Position numbers and translations under genes: made by a program | The notes under the pieces: generated by a model | Database searches by the model: none | Told to the model about the DNA's origin: nothing | What the model saw: the letters and a program-made list of their open reading frames with translations, nothing else | Shown: positions 28,881 through 38,499 of the stretch, piece by piece | Layout: the number at the start of each line of letters is the position of its first letter | Position numbering within the stretch: position 1 is the first letter of the stretch | Assembly (NCBI GenBank): GCA_015058985.1 | Contig: SVBH01000004.1 | Location: forward strand, 2,383 to 66,382 | Direction: 5' to 3' | DNA: 64,000 nucleotides | Source: Erysipelotrichaceae bacterium | GTDB lineage: Bacteria > Bacillota_I > Bacilli_A > RFN20 > DUOF01

Positions 28881-31034
28881 TTATTTTTCTTCTTTCTTTT
28901 CTTCCTTTTTCTCTGGTTTTGGCAATAAATCTTTTCTAGAAACAGAGATTTTACCTTTATCTCCAATTTCTATTACTTTTACCTTAACAATTTCGCCCAT
29001 TTTTAGAACCATATTAGGATGTTCAACTCTTTCATGAGCAATCTTAGAAACATGAAGTAAAGCTTCTGTACCAGGGAATAATTCCACGAAAGCACCAAAT
29101 GCTTCGATTCTTACAACTTTAGCATCATAGATATCTCCAACTTTCGCAACTCTAACGATATCTTCAATAATCTTTCTTGCTTTTCTAATTGGTTCATAAT
29201 CCATATGATATAGAATTACTTGTCCATCTTGTTCAATATCAATTTTGATATTATCGCATTTTTCAATAATTTCATTAATTACTTTACCACCAGTACCAAT
29301 TACATCTCTAATCTTGTCTACATCAATCATGAATGTATCTGTCTTAGGCGCATATTTACTAAGTTCTGGTCTAGGATTATTAATAGTGTTATTCATATGT
29401 TCAAGAATTTGCATTCTACCTACTTTAGCTTGTGCTAAAGCTTTTTGTAAAATTTCTTTATTAATTCCTAAAATCTTGATATCCATTTGCATTGCACAAA
29501 TTCCATCTTTAGTTCCTGCTACTTTAAAGTCCATATCTCCTAAATGGTCTTCCATACCTTGGATATCAGTTAATATTGTATAAGGAGCACCAGAATCAAT
29601 AGGTCCATTTGTGATAAGTCCCATAGCTACTCCAGCAATTTGTCCTTTTGTAGGAACACCTGCTGCCATTAAAGCCATAGAAGAAGCACAAATAGAAGCT
29701 TGAGATGAAGAACCATTAGATTCAACAACTTCAGAAACAACTCTGACAACATATGGGAATTCTTTTTCATCAGGAATGATAGCGCTTAGTGCTCTTTCAC
29801 CTAATGCTCCATGTCCGATTTCTCTTCTTCCAGGAGCACCAGTTCTACCAACTTCACCTACTGAGAAAGGTGGGAAGTTATAATGGTGCATAAATCTCTT
29901 AGTTTCTTCTTCAGGAGTTAAGTTATCTAGGATTTGAACATCAGATAAAGGTCCTAAAGTTACAGTAGAGATAACTTGAGTTTCTCCTCTTGTAAACATA
30001 GCAGAACCATGAACTCTTGGTAATAAATCAACCATAGAACTTAAAGGTCTAATTTCATCGATTGCTCTACCATCAGGTCTTACTTTATCCTCAGTAATAA
30101 GTCTTCTTACTTCATCTTTAACAACATCATGTAAAATATCATTAACTTGTTTTAAAGTTTTAGCTTTTGCTTTATCACTTTCATATTCTTTATTTTCATA
30201 ACTTGCAAGAACTTCAGCATTGATATCATCAATAGCACCATATCTTTCAAGTTTTTCTTTAATTCTAACAGCGTTGATTAATCTTTCTTTTGCAACTGCA
30301 TAAACTTCATTTCTTAATTCTTCAGGAATTGTATATAATTCAATTTCCTTTTTCTCTTTACCCACTTTAGCAGCAATTTGTTCTTGGAATAAACATAATT
30401 CCTTGATAGCTTCATGTCCAAACATAATTGCTTCTAACATTTCTTCTTCAGTTACTTCTTTAGAACTAGATTCAACCATATTAATTGCATCTTTAGTTCC
30501 TGCTACATGTAGTTCAATAGTTGCTCTTTCAAGATCTGCAACATCAGGGTTAATCATATACTTACCATCAACATAAGCAACGATTACTCCAGCGATAGGT
30601 CCTGAGAAAGGAATATCAGAAATACATAAAGCAATACTAGATCCTAACATAGCAGCCATTTCACAAGTTGCATTTGGATCAACAGATAAAACTGTATTAA
30701 TTACTTGAACTTCATTTCTAAAACCATCCGCGAACATAGGTCTAATTGGTCTATCAATTAAACGTGCTGTTAAAGTTGCATGTTCACTTGGCTTACCTTC
30801 TCTTTTTAAAAAACCACCTGGTATTTTACCAACTGAATATAACTTTTCTTCAAAAGTTACTGTAAGAGGGAAAAAGTCTGTATCTTTAGCTTGATTACTA
30901 GAACAAGCAGTAGATAATACAACAGTATCATCAAGTCTTACAATACAAGAGCCACCAGCTTGTTTAGCGATTTCGCCAACTTCAACTACTAATTTTCTTC
31001 CTCTAAATTCTGTACTAAATATTTCTTTTGCCAT
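28881..31034 (-). CDS. pnp: Polyribonucleotide nucleotidyltransferase
   Basis: 'RLIDRPIRP', 'RREIGHGAL', 'SNGSSSQAS', 'GDMDFKVAG', KH and S1 domains. Confidence 0.98.
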   Translation of the reverse strand: MAKEIFSTEFRGRKLVVEVGEIAKQAGGSCIVRLDDTVVLSTACSSNQAKDTDFFPLTVTFEEKLYSVGKIPGGFLKREGKPSEHATLTARLIDRPIRPMFADGFRNEVQVINTVLSVDPNATCEMAAMLGSSIALCISDIPFSGPIAGVIVAYVDGKYMINPDVADLERATIELHVAGTKDAINMVESSSKEVTEEEMLEAIMFGHEAIKELCLFQEQIAAKVGKEKKEIELYTIPEELRNEVYAVAKERLINAVRIKEKLERYGAIDDINAEVLASYENKEYESDKAKAKTLKQVNDILHDVVKDEVRRLITEDKVRPDGRAIDEIRPLSSMVDLLPRVHGSAMFTRGETQVISTVTLGPLSDVQILDNLTPEEETKRFMHHYNFPPFSVGEVGRTGAPGRREIGHGALGERALSAIIPDEKEFPYVVRVVSEVVESNGSSSQASICASSMALMAAGVPTKGQIAGVAMGLITNGPIDSGAPYTILTDIQGMEDHLGDMDFKVAGTKDGICAMQMDIKILGINKEILQKALAQAKVGRMQILEHMNNTINNPRPELSKYAPKTDTFMIDVDKIRDVIGTGGKVINEIIEKCDNIKIDIEQDGQVILYHMDYEPIRKARKIIEDIVRVAKVGDIYDAKVVRIEAFGAFVELFPGTEALLHVSKIAHERVEHPNMVLKMGEIVKVKVIEIGDKGKISVSRKDLLPKPEKKEEKKEEK

Positions 31035-31098
31035 AATTTCACCTCTTAATATACACTCAAAGATTTTACCATATTTATTCTAAATATGCACTGATTAT

Positions 31099-31854
31099 TT
31101 ATTTACTTTTTCGACTTTGTGCTTTGTATGCGATTTTAAGCAACATTTTTTCACTTATAAACCTGCATAAAAATTTATTTAATCTCATACTAAATCCTGG
31201 AATAATAAGCATTTTGTTCTTTTCTAAACCCTTAATAGCAACCTTAGCTACATATTCACTACTCAAAGGTTTAGCAGCAAACTTTACATTAGCAACATTA
31301 TTAAAATTAGTGTCAACAGGACCTGGACATAAAGCGCTTATCTTAACATTAGATTTTGCTTTTCTTAATTCTTCATAAATAGAAACTGTTAAGCAATAAA
31401 TGTAATTTTTAGTAGAATAATAAGTAGCCATTCTAGGACCTGTATAAAAAGCAGCACTAGAACAAACATTTAAGATTTGACCTTTATCTCTTTTCACAAA
31501 ATCCTTTAAAAACAACTTAGTTAAAATATGATAAGCCACATCATTAACTTTAATCATTTCTAGTTCCCTATCTAAATTAGTTTCAAAGAAATTACCATAC
31601 ACTCCAAACCCTGCATTATTGACTAACAAATCAATATTCATATCCTTAACTTTTTCATACAAAGCTTTACAATTTTCTTCTTTAGACAAATCAGTAGGAA
31701 TAACTATCACCTTAACATTACTCAATTCTTCTTTTACTTTATCTAAATTTTCCTTTGTCCTTGCTACAATTATTAAATCATACCCTTTTTTAGCCAATTC
31801 CCTAGCAATATCTCTACCAATTCCAGAACTAGCTCCTGTTACAAGTGCTAACAT
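31099..31854 (-). CDS. SDR family oxidoreductase
   Basis: 'TGASSGIG', 'NNAGFG', 'YYSTK', 'LCPGPVDT'. Confidence 0.93.
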   Translation of the reverse strand: MLALVTGASSGIGRDIARELAKKGYDLIIVARTKENLDKVKEELSNVKVIVIPTDLSKEENCKALYEKVKDMNIDLLVNNAGFGVYGNFFETNLDRELEMIKVNDVAYHILTKLFLKDFVKRDKGQILNVCSSAAFYTGPRMATYYSTKNYIYCLTVSIYEELRKAKSNVKISALCPGPVDTNFNNVANVKFAAKPLSSEYVAKVAIKGLEKNKMLIIPGFSMRLNKFLCRFISEKMLLKIAYKAQSRKSK

Positions 31855-31950
31855 ACAATCATCTCCATTTTTATTATTATACCACACTAAAATGTTTTTT
31901 CTTTTTTATTTTAGTAAATAATAATATAATAAGTAAAATGAGGTATCGAT

Positions 31951-33075
31951 ATGAGTGAAGTAATTGTTAAAAAAGTAACAAATAAAAAGGAACTAAAGAA
32001 ATTCATCAAATTTCCAAATCAATTGTATAAAGACAATCCTTTTTATGTTCCTGAATTAATCAAAGATGAAATCAAATATTTTGATCGAGAAAAAAATCCT
32101 TCTTATGAATATTGTGAATCTATTGAAGCATTAGCTTACAAAGATAATAAAATCGTAGGAAGAATATGTGGATTAATAAATCATCAATACAATAAAAAAA
32201 TTAACGCAAAACACCTTCGTTTTAATCACTTTGACTTTATTGATGATTACGAAGTCAGCAAAGCTTTAATTGACTTCATTTCTAAATGGGGAAAAGAAAA
32301 AGGAATGACCCATTTTAATGGTCCTATTGGATGCACGGACTTAGATAAACAAGGAATGCTAATTGAAGGATTTGATAAACTTGCAATCAACTTTACCTAC
32401 TACAATTATCCTTATTATATTCAACACTTAGAAAAACTGAAATTTGTTAAAGATGTCGACTGGGTTGAATATTTAATTAATGTTCCTGAAAAGATGGACG
32501 AAAGACTAGCAAAAATATCCAATTTCTTATTAGAAAGACAAGGATTTAAATTACTAAAATTTAGAAACGCCAAAGAAGCAATGCCTACCATTATTGAAGC
32601 ATTCAATGTATATAACGACGCCTTTGCTAAACTACATGGGACAGTAAGACTGCCTGAAAGACAAGTTAAGCAATACATCAACGATTACATCTCTCTTGCT
32701 AACTTTGACTATCTTTCTTTTGTAGCAGACAAAGAAGGTAAAGTTAAAGGATTTGCTTTTGTTGTTCCTTCTATTTCAAAAGCATTACAAAAAGCAAAAG
32801 GAAGATTATTTCCAACTGGATGGTTTCATTTACTAAAATCTTTAAAAGTCAACGATACACTAGATATGTATTTAATTGCAGTCAACCCTGGCGATCAAGG
32901 ATTAGGATTAAATGGAATTATGATGGCAGATATCTTAGGTGCCGCAATTAAAAATGGAATAAAATACGCAGAAACAGGACCAGAACTTGAAGATAATAAT
33001 GAAGTTCAAGCACAATGGAAAAACTTTGAAAGAAAAATCATTAGAAGAAGACGTTGTTGGATAAGGGAAATATAA
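31951..33075 (+). CDS. YghO-like double-GNAT protein
   Basis: 'FPNQLYKDNPFYVPEL', 'GMLIEGF', 'YNYPYY', 'TGPELEDN'. Confidence 0.8.
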   Translation: MSEVIVKKVTNKKELKKFIKFPNQLYKDNPFYVPELIKDEIKYFDREKNPSYEYCESIEALAYKDNKIVGRICGLINHQYNKKINAKHLRFNHFDFIDDYEVSKALIDFISKWGKEKGMTHFNGPIGCTDLDKQGMLIEGFDKLAINFTYYNYPYYIQHLEKLKFVKDVDWVEYLINVPEKMDERLAKISNFLLERQGFKLLKFRNAKEAMPTIIEAFNVYNDAFAKLHGTVRLPERQVKQYINDYISLANFDYLSFVADKEGKVKGFAFVVPSISKALQKAKGRLFPTGWFHLLKSLKVNDTLDMYLIAVNPGDQGLGLNGIMMADILGAAIKNGIKYAETGPELEDNNEVQAQWKNFERKIIRRRRCWIREI

Positions 33076-33076
33076 T

Positions 33077-33340
33077 ATGAATGATGCATTAAACATAAAC
33101 TTAGCAATCGAATATTTAAAAGAAAAAGTAACTTTATTTACTATCATTGATAAAAATAAAATTTACTTCAAAGGAAATAAAGAAAAAGTTAGAGTATCCA
33201 ACCCTAACTCAGCTTATACTATATCTTATGAAGAATTTAAAACTTTATACAATAAACAAGAATTTTATATTTACACCGAGGAATCATTTGAAATAGATGC
33301 TTCAAGAGATGAAGAATATTATAAATGGAATCATAAATAA
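33077..33340 (+). CDS. Hypothetical protein
   Basis: Coupled to the GNAT gene; ends 'RDEEYYKW'. Confidence 0.7.
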   Translation: MNDALNINLAIEYLKEKVTLFTIIDKNKIYFKGNKEKVRVSNPNSAYTISYEEFKTLYNKQEFYIYTEESFEIDASRDEEYYKWNHK

Positions 33341-33366
33341 AAAAGTAGATTGGATCTACTTTTTTT
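33339..33366. terminator. Bidirectional terminator
   Basis: aaaaaagtagat-tgg-atctactttttt. Confidence 0.75.
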
Positions 33367-33520
33367 CTTTATTCTCAATTCTTTCTAATAAATCTTTTGC
33401 TTTTTTTAAGTAAGCAAGATAAGATTCTCTATCATTTTTTCTTTCTGCAAACAGCATTTTCATTGCATAATATTGAAATTCTTCTTCTAGACTTTCAAAT
33501 TTTTCTTTGTAAGTTTTCAT
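33356..33520 (-). CDS. Small helical protein (54 aa; not in the ORF track) coupled to the upstream HExxH gene
   Basis: Translates MKTYKEKFESLEEEFQYYAMKMLFAERKNDRESYLAYLKKAKDLLERIENKEKK; ATG 1 nt after the upstream TAA, GAGG RBS inside the upstream gene, stop within the terminator. Confidence 0.7.
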   Translation of the reverse strand: MKTYKEKFESLEEEFQYYAMKMLFAERKNDRESYLAYLKKAKDLLERIENKEKK

Positions 33521-33521
33521 C

Positions 33522-35123
33522 TTATTTCCTCATCAACATACTTTCATACTTATCCATTGAAGGAGATTGTAAAATATCAGAAAGTATTTCCTTAACATTT
33601 TCAGGTACATAATTTAATAAAGACTTATATACACTAATATTTTGCTCTGCATTTTTATCCTTCAAAGGATTAATTGATGATCGTATAATTCCCCCATAAG
33701 CATCCAAATCCAATTGACTTTTAGCCATTTCCATCTCATCAACTAACTCACGAGGACTCATTTTATGAACACCCTTTTCAAAAAATTGATACTTATATTT
33801 TAAAATTGGATAATCTTTATCAACAGACTTCATTACTTCTTCTGCTAGTTCAGGTTTTTCCATCATTGTAGATATGAAAGTTTGAAATAAAGATTCTAAA
33901 TCAACTCTTTTAACATTGTCACCAATTATTCTAGTCATATCATGTCTAAATGTTTTTTCAAAGTTTAACTGATCTAAAACCTTAGATTCAACATCTGCTT
34001 TGGTATTAACAATTTGTTTTAAATACTCTGTTGGATTTGCTAAATTCATCAACTTAAAATATTCAATTTGAGCTTTAAATTCAGCATCAAATTCAGGACT
34101 AAAACAAGCAATGTTACTACGATAATAACTATCATTTTGATAACGAAAAATGTACATATGACGAATCAATTTATCCATCGCATATAAGTCAATATCAGGA
34201 TCTTCTGCAATATTACAAGTTTTAATATTATGGTCTTGAATTGCGTGATTTGTTTCATGAGTACAATAAAAACCTAAATGAGATAAAGTATCCTTTCTAA
34301 ACGATTTCTTATTTATAAAAGTTGTAATCTTATTATTCTTAGGATTCCAACTAGCATCAACCATATTGATACCCGCTTCAGGTATGTTATTCAAGTCAAC
34401 AGAAACATAATCAATACCTTTATTATGTAAATCTGTTAAAGTTTTCGTTTTTATTGAAGCTAAATACAACAAATCTTTACTTTTATCTCTATTAAAATAA
34501 TTATCATTTTTTTCCTTCATAACAGGGTTATTCACTAACTCCACAGAGATTAGTTCATCAATAGAATTATATCCCATCTGATTAGCTAATTTTTGATCTA
34601 TTCCTTCTACATAATTAGAAGAAAAAATCTCACTGAAAACTTGATTCATATTTTCTTCAATACCATGTTTTTGACAATATCCATCGATAAAATTGGAATC
34701 TTTCAAAACTGCACCAGGAACAATAGCAGCAGGTAAACCAAGTTCTAAAATTGTTTCTCTAAGTACTTTTCTTTCTTCATCATCTAACCAGTCATATTCT
34801 CTATTAATTCTTCGTAAAAAAGCTTGAAATGTATCATTAAGATTTTGTTCAAAACTATCACCTTGCATTTTCTTTGCAAACATTCTTAAACAAAATGAAT
34901 TAGTTACACGAAAAGCATTTTCAGGATTACCACTTATAAAAAATTCTTTCCCACCAGGTAAAGAGGTAATATCAATTCCATTTTTATTAAGTTCTTTCAA
35001 AAAGTCATATAATTCATTTAAATATTCATTTCTACAATTTTCTAATGTCTTTATTACATCAGGATCTTTAAGTTTTTCAGGGTTAGACAAAACTACATCT
35101 TTTAACGCTCTTATTTCTCCCAT
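33522..35123 (-). CDS. Orphan protein with a zincin-like HExxH motif
   Basis: 'YCTHETNHAIQD' plus 'YYRSN...SPEFDAE'; GGAGG RBS; no signal peptide. Confidence 0.6.
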   Translation of the reverse strand: MGEIRALKDVVLSNPEKLKDPDVIKTLENCRNEYLNELYDFLKELNKNGIDITSLPGGKEFFISGNPENAFRVTNSFCLRMFAKKMQGDSFEQNLNDTFQAFLRRINREYDWLDDEERKVLRETILELGLPAAIVPGAVLKDSNFIDGYCQKHGIEENMNQVFSEIFSSNYVEGIDQKLANQMGYNSIDELISVELVNNPVMKEKNDNYFNRDKSKDLLYLASIKTKTLTDLHNKGIDYVSVDLNNIPEAGINMVDASWNPKNNKITTFINKKSFRKDTLSHLGFYCTHETNHAIQDHNIKTCNIAEDPDIDLYAMDKLIRHMYIFRYQNDSYYRSNIACFSPEFDAEFKAQIEYFKLMNLANPTEYLKQIVNTKADVESKVLDQLNFEKTFRHDMTRIIGDNVKRVDLESLFQTFISTMMEKPELAEEVMKSVDKDYPILKYKYQFFEKGVHKMSPRELVDEMEMAKSQLDLDAYGGIIRSSINPLKDKNAEQNISVYKSLLNYVPENVKEILSDILQSPSMDKYESMLMRK

Positions 35124-35242
35124 ATTACCCCTCCTAATAATTTAATTATACTTCTAAAACTAAACTTATTCTATAAAACATTACGAATTTATTTAAAACT
35201 TCATCAAAAATAACATATAATTAACAAAAAAGGAGGCATTAT

Positions 35243-35782
35243 ATGCTAAGAAATGAAGTAGTACTAGTAGATGTAAACGACAATGAAATAAGAAGTGAAA
35301 CAAAAGAAAATGCCCATAAACAACCATTATTACATCGAGCATTCTCAGTATTTATTTATAACAGCAATAATGAAATATTAGTTCAAAAAAGAGCAGCTCA
35401 TAAATACCATAGCTCTAACTTATGGGCTAATGCTTGTTGCTCCCACCCAAAACAAAAAGAAGACGTCAAAGAAAGTGCTAATGAAAGACTAAAAGATGAA
35501 GTTGGAATAGAGACAGAAATTGAAGAACTATTTTCTTTTACCTATCTTAATAAATTCAATGACAATTTATACGAATACGAATACGATCACGTTTTCCTAG
35601 GAAAATATGATGGGGAAATCATTCTTAATGAAGAAGAAGCAAGTGAAACCAAATGGATTAGTCTTGATGAACTCGAACAAGATTTAACCTTCAACCCTTT
35701 AAAATACGCTTCTTGGTTCATCATATGTGCTCCAAAAGTTATTCAACATTTAAAAAATCACTCAACGAGTGATTTAATTTAG
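35243..35782 (+). CDS. idi: Type 1 isopentenyl-diphosphate delta-isomerase
   Basis: 'LHRAFSVF', 'WANACCSHP', 'EYEYDHVF'. Confidence 0.95.
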   Translation: MLRNEVVLVDVNDNEIRSETKENAHKQPLLHRAFSVFIYNSNNEILVQKRAAHKYHSSNLWANACCSHPKQKEDVKESANERLKDEVGIETEIEELFSFTYLNKFNDNLYEYEYDHVFLGKYDGEIILNEEEASETKWISLDELEQDLTFNPLKYASWFIICAPKVIQHLKNHSTSDLI

Positions 35783-36238
35783 AATCCAACAAGCTAAATT
35801 CAAAGTAGTAGCAATACTTAACCATAAAGGATAAATGCAAAGTATATAACTATAAACTTCACTTGATTTACATATTTCTTTTAACAACAATACACTTAGA
35901 ATTAAATTCAAAATAATAACAACTAACCCCATAAATAAACCATTTAATGTAAAAAAGACTAAACACCATAATACATTCAAAATACCATTTATGATTAAAA
36001 GTGTTATTATTTTTTTATTGCTTTTCTCCTTTCTAACTAAGTGAATAGTATAAAAAATAAATACAGTGTAAATAATTGTCCACATTATAGGTATAAAAGC
36101 ATTAGGAATCCATTCAGAAGGCCTTTGCAATGTTTCATACCAAGCCATACCATTATCTACAAAAATCCAACCTAATAAAGCTACTAACAGTATCCCAAAA
36201 ATAGGAATACCATAATCTAATAACTTTTCTCTATTCAT
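35774..36238 (-). CDS. tspO: TspO/MBR family protein
   Basis: 'WYETLQRPSEWIP..FIPIMWTIIY', 'LNVLWCLVFF', 'PLWLSIATTLN'. Confidence 0.9.
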   Translation of the reverse strand: MNREKLLDYGIPIFGILLVALLGWIFVDNGMAWYETLQRPSEWIPNAFIPIMWTIIYTVFIFYTIHLVRKEKSNKKIITLLIINGILNVLWCLVFFTLNGLFMGLVVIILNLILSVLLLKEICKSSEVYSYILCIYPLWLSIATTLNLACWILN

Positions 36239-36353
36239 ATTAATATTTTATGTAAAAAATCATAAATTATACATTTATATTTTCCACATTATAACTCTCC
36301 ATAAATCACACTCTTTTATCACTATGATAAACTTTTAAATAGGAAGTGAAATT

Positions 36354-36932
36354 ATGAAAAAAGTATTCTTGTTTTTATATCCAATAAACGAATATTTCCA
36401 ATTCTATAAATATTATGAAACCCAATATCAAAATCCCTTAGAAATATTAAATCAATCAATTAATCAAAGATATCGCAATAAAGGATATGAAGTTGTCTTT
36501 GCTCTTTTTCCTGATACTAATCTATATGGTATAAACAAGCATGAACAAGACCAAATAATTTACACTGATATCACATTAGAAAGTTTCATAACTAATCCTG
36601 TTCCTGTTTATCCAAACGAACAAAAACTAATAAATCAAATAGGTAATTTCAATAAAATCGTCCTAGCAGGATTTCATGAAACAGATTGTGTTAAAAGGGT
36701 TGCCCAATATTGCTATCAGCAAGGATATGATACCCTAATAGATATTGATCTTACAGATAATTTTTTCGTTTTAGCAAAAGACACCAACTATTTTAAAATT
36801 GATGAATATAATCCAATAAAACTTAAAGAACACTTATTATCAAAAGATCCAAGTGCTAAAAGACTTCTAACAAGAAAATACCAACACCCAATGTACAATA
36901 TGAATATAGGAAACAAATACAAAAAGAAATAA
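36354..36932 (+). CDS. Hypothetical protein, possibly a cysteine-hydrolase (isochorismatase-like) fold
   Basis: 'KIVLAGFHETDCVKRVA' resembles the G..T..CV motif. Confidence 0.4.
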   Translation: MKKVFLFLYPINEYFQFYKYYETQYQNPLEILNQSINQRYRNKGYEVVFALFPDTNLYGINKHEQDQIIYTDITLESFITNPVPVYPNEQKLINQIGNFNKIVLAGFHETDCVKRVAQYCYQQGYDTLIDIDLTDNFFVLAKDTNYFKIDEYNPIKLKEHLLSKDPSAKRLLTRKYQHPMYNMNIGNKYKKK

Positions 36933-37060
36933 CAAATCTTTTTTTGTTGCTCAAACTCAAACATATTTGATTTAATTCTATTGGATTACTTTTATTATCT
37001 ATCTAAAATTTCTGTGTATATATAAAATATCTATATAAAATTCCAACTAGATGGTATAAC

Positions 37061-37087
37061 AAAAAAACACCTTAATAACAAGGTGTT
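37061..37087 (-). terminator. Terminator downstream of tRNA-Glu(CTC)
   Basis: aacacctt-aataac-aaggtgtt hairpin with a T run on the minus strand. Confidence 0.7.
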
Positions 37088-37099
37088 CTATTTTTTATT

Positions 37100-37176
37100 T
37101 GGTGACCTGTACGGGATTCGAACCCGTGAATGCATCCTTGAGAGGGATGTGAGTTAAGCCACTTCTCCAACAGGCC
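37100..37176 (-). tRNA. tRNA-Glu(CTC)
   Basis: Cloverleaf with anticodon arm CATCC-CT CTC AA-GGATG, GGTTCGAAT and encoded CCA. Confidence 0.95.
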
Positions 37177-37191
37177 AAGTCAACATTAATA

Positions 37192-37220
37192 AATATATAT
37201 TAATAATAATTTTTTTTCAA
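37192..37220 (-). promoter_or_regulatory. sigmaA promoter of tRNA-Glu(CTC)
   Basis: TTGAAA-17-TATATT. Confidence 0.55.
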
Positions 37221-37285
37221 GTAAAAGAAAACTGTTTCTAAGTTTATGTTTATATGCTAAAATCGAATCAGAAGGAAGTGATTTT

Positions 37286-37645
37286 ATGCGTTTAATTAAA
37301 TTAGCATTAGTTTTATTAATTTCTTATTTTATTTTAGCTTATTATAATATTTTTAGTGTTGAACACGGTTTTATGAAAAAGGAAGCTAATTTTGAATTTT
37401 TTGATGTTCTTAAATTAGATGATGTAGAATCATTTAAAAATCCATTTAAGGATGATAAATACATTGTAACTTTTGAAATTAAAGATAAAGTTTATTATTC
37501 TACGGTTACTGAAGATGAACTAGAAGCATTAGATGTTTCTCTTGCATTCATTGATGAAGAAGTAGAACATAAATCACTAGTCCCTGCGATAGTTGGTGCA
37601 GTAGGAATAGTGGTTGTTATCTTATTTGTAAGAAAAAGAAGGTAG
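37286..37645 (+). CDS. Hypothetical membrane protein with N- and C-terminal TM segments
   Basis: Hydrophobic termini; basic tail RKRR. Confidence 0.7.
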   Translation: MRLIKLALVLLISYFILAYYNIFSVEHGFMKKEANFEFFDVLKLDDVESFKNPFKDDKYIVTFEIKDKVYYSTVTEDELEALDVSLAFIDEEVEHKSLVPAIVGAVGIVVVILFVRKRR

Positions 37646-37661
37646 TCTCTACCTTCTTTTT

Positions 37662-38450
37662 TTATCCCAATGTTATTTCTAGTATCATCATAACTATAAA
37701 TCCTAACATAAAGCCCCAACTACCAAAGTGAGAATCTGATGATAGTTTTGCATCTGGGATTAAATCTTCGATTGTAACAAAGATCATTGCTCCTGCGGCA
37801 AAAGCCAACATCCAAGGCATAATTGATGATAAAAGATTTGCTACTAGTAATCCTACTACAGCAAATAAAGGTTCAACTATGGCACTTAAACTGCCCAAGA
37901 CAAACGCTTTATTTTTACTTCCAGTTTCTTCTTGTAAAGGTAAAGCAATAGCAATTCCTTCTGGAAAGTTTTGGATAGCAATACCAATTGCTAAACTTAA
38001 AGCAGATAAATAAGCTGATAATGTTCCTATTTGCATCGCACTTGAAAAAGCTATACCTACTGCTAAACCTTCTGGAATATTATGAATCGTTACTGCTAAA
38101 AATAGTTTTTTAGCCTTACTTAAATGATTCTTTGGTCCTTCTTCCATCATTTGATTTTTATGAATATGAGGAACAAGTTTATCCATGACCACTAATAGTA
38201 ATGCTCCTAAAATAATTCCTACTGTAATAGGAACAAAACTCCAATTACCCCAAGAGGCAGAATCCTCTATAGCAGGAATAATAAGGCCAAATACTCCGGC
38301 AGCAATCATCACTCCTGCTGCAAATCCTAAAATAGAGGAATTAACTTTTGGATGTAATTTTCCTTTGAAAAAATAAACACATAGACTACCTAAAGCAGTA
38401 GATAAAAATGTAATAAATATTCCTATTATTAAGATCAATGTTTTACTCAT
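37662..38450 (-). CDS. ZIP family metal transporter (ZupT/GufA-like)
   Basis: 'GFAAGVMIAA', 'TIHNIPEGLAVG', 'IQNFPEG', 'AFAAGAMIFV'. Confidence 0.95.
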   Translation of the reverse strand: MSKTLILIIGIFITFLSTALGSLCVYFFKGKLHPKVNSSILGFAAGVMIAAGVFGLIIPAIEDSASWGNWSFVPITVGIILGALLLVVMDKLVPHIHKNQMMEEGPKNHLSKAKKLFLAVTIHNIPEGLAVGIAFSSAMQIGTLSAYLSALSLAIGIAIQNFPEGIAIALPLQEETGSKNKAFVLGSLSAIVEPLFAVVGLLVANLLSSIMPWMLAFAAGAMIFVTIEDLIPDAKLSSDSHFGSWGFMLGFIVMMILEITLG

Positions 38451-38499
38451 AATAATCCTCCTTTTTAAAAAAGTATTCTATCACTAGAATACTCTTAAA

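Noticed and set aside
33397-33612. Plus-strand 71-aa ORF
   Set aside because: Antisense to the better-supported 54-aa minus-strand ORF and to the end of the HExxH gene
33340-37176. tRNA-integrated genomic island or prophage
   Set aside because: No integrase, and no duplicated tRNA 3' end seen at the other boundary; the second Glu copy is a full tRNA inside an operon
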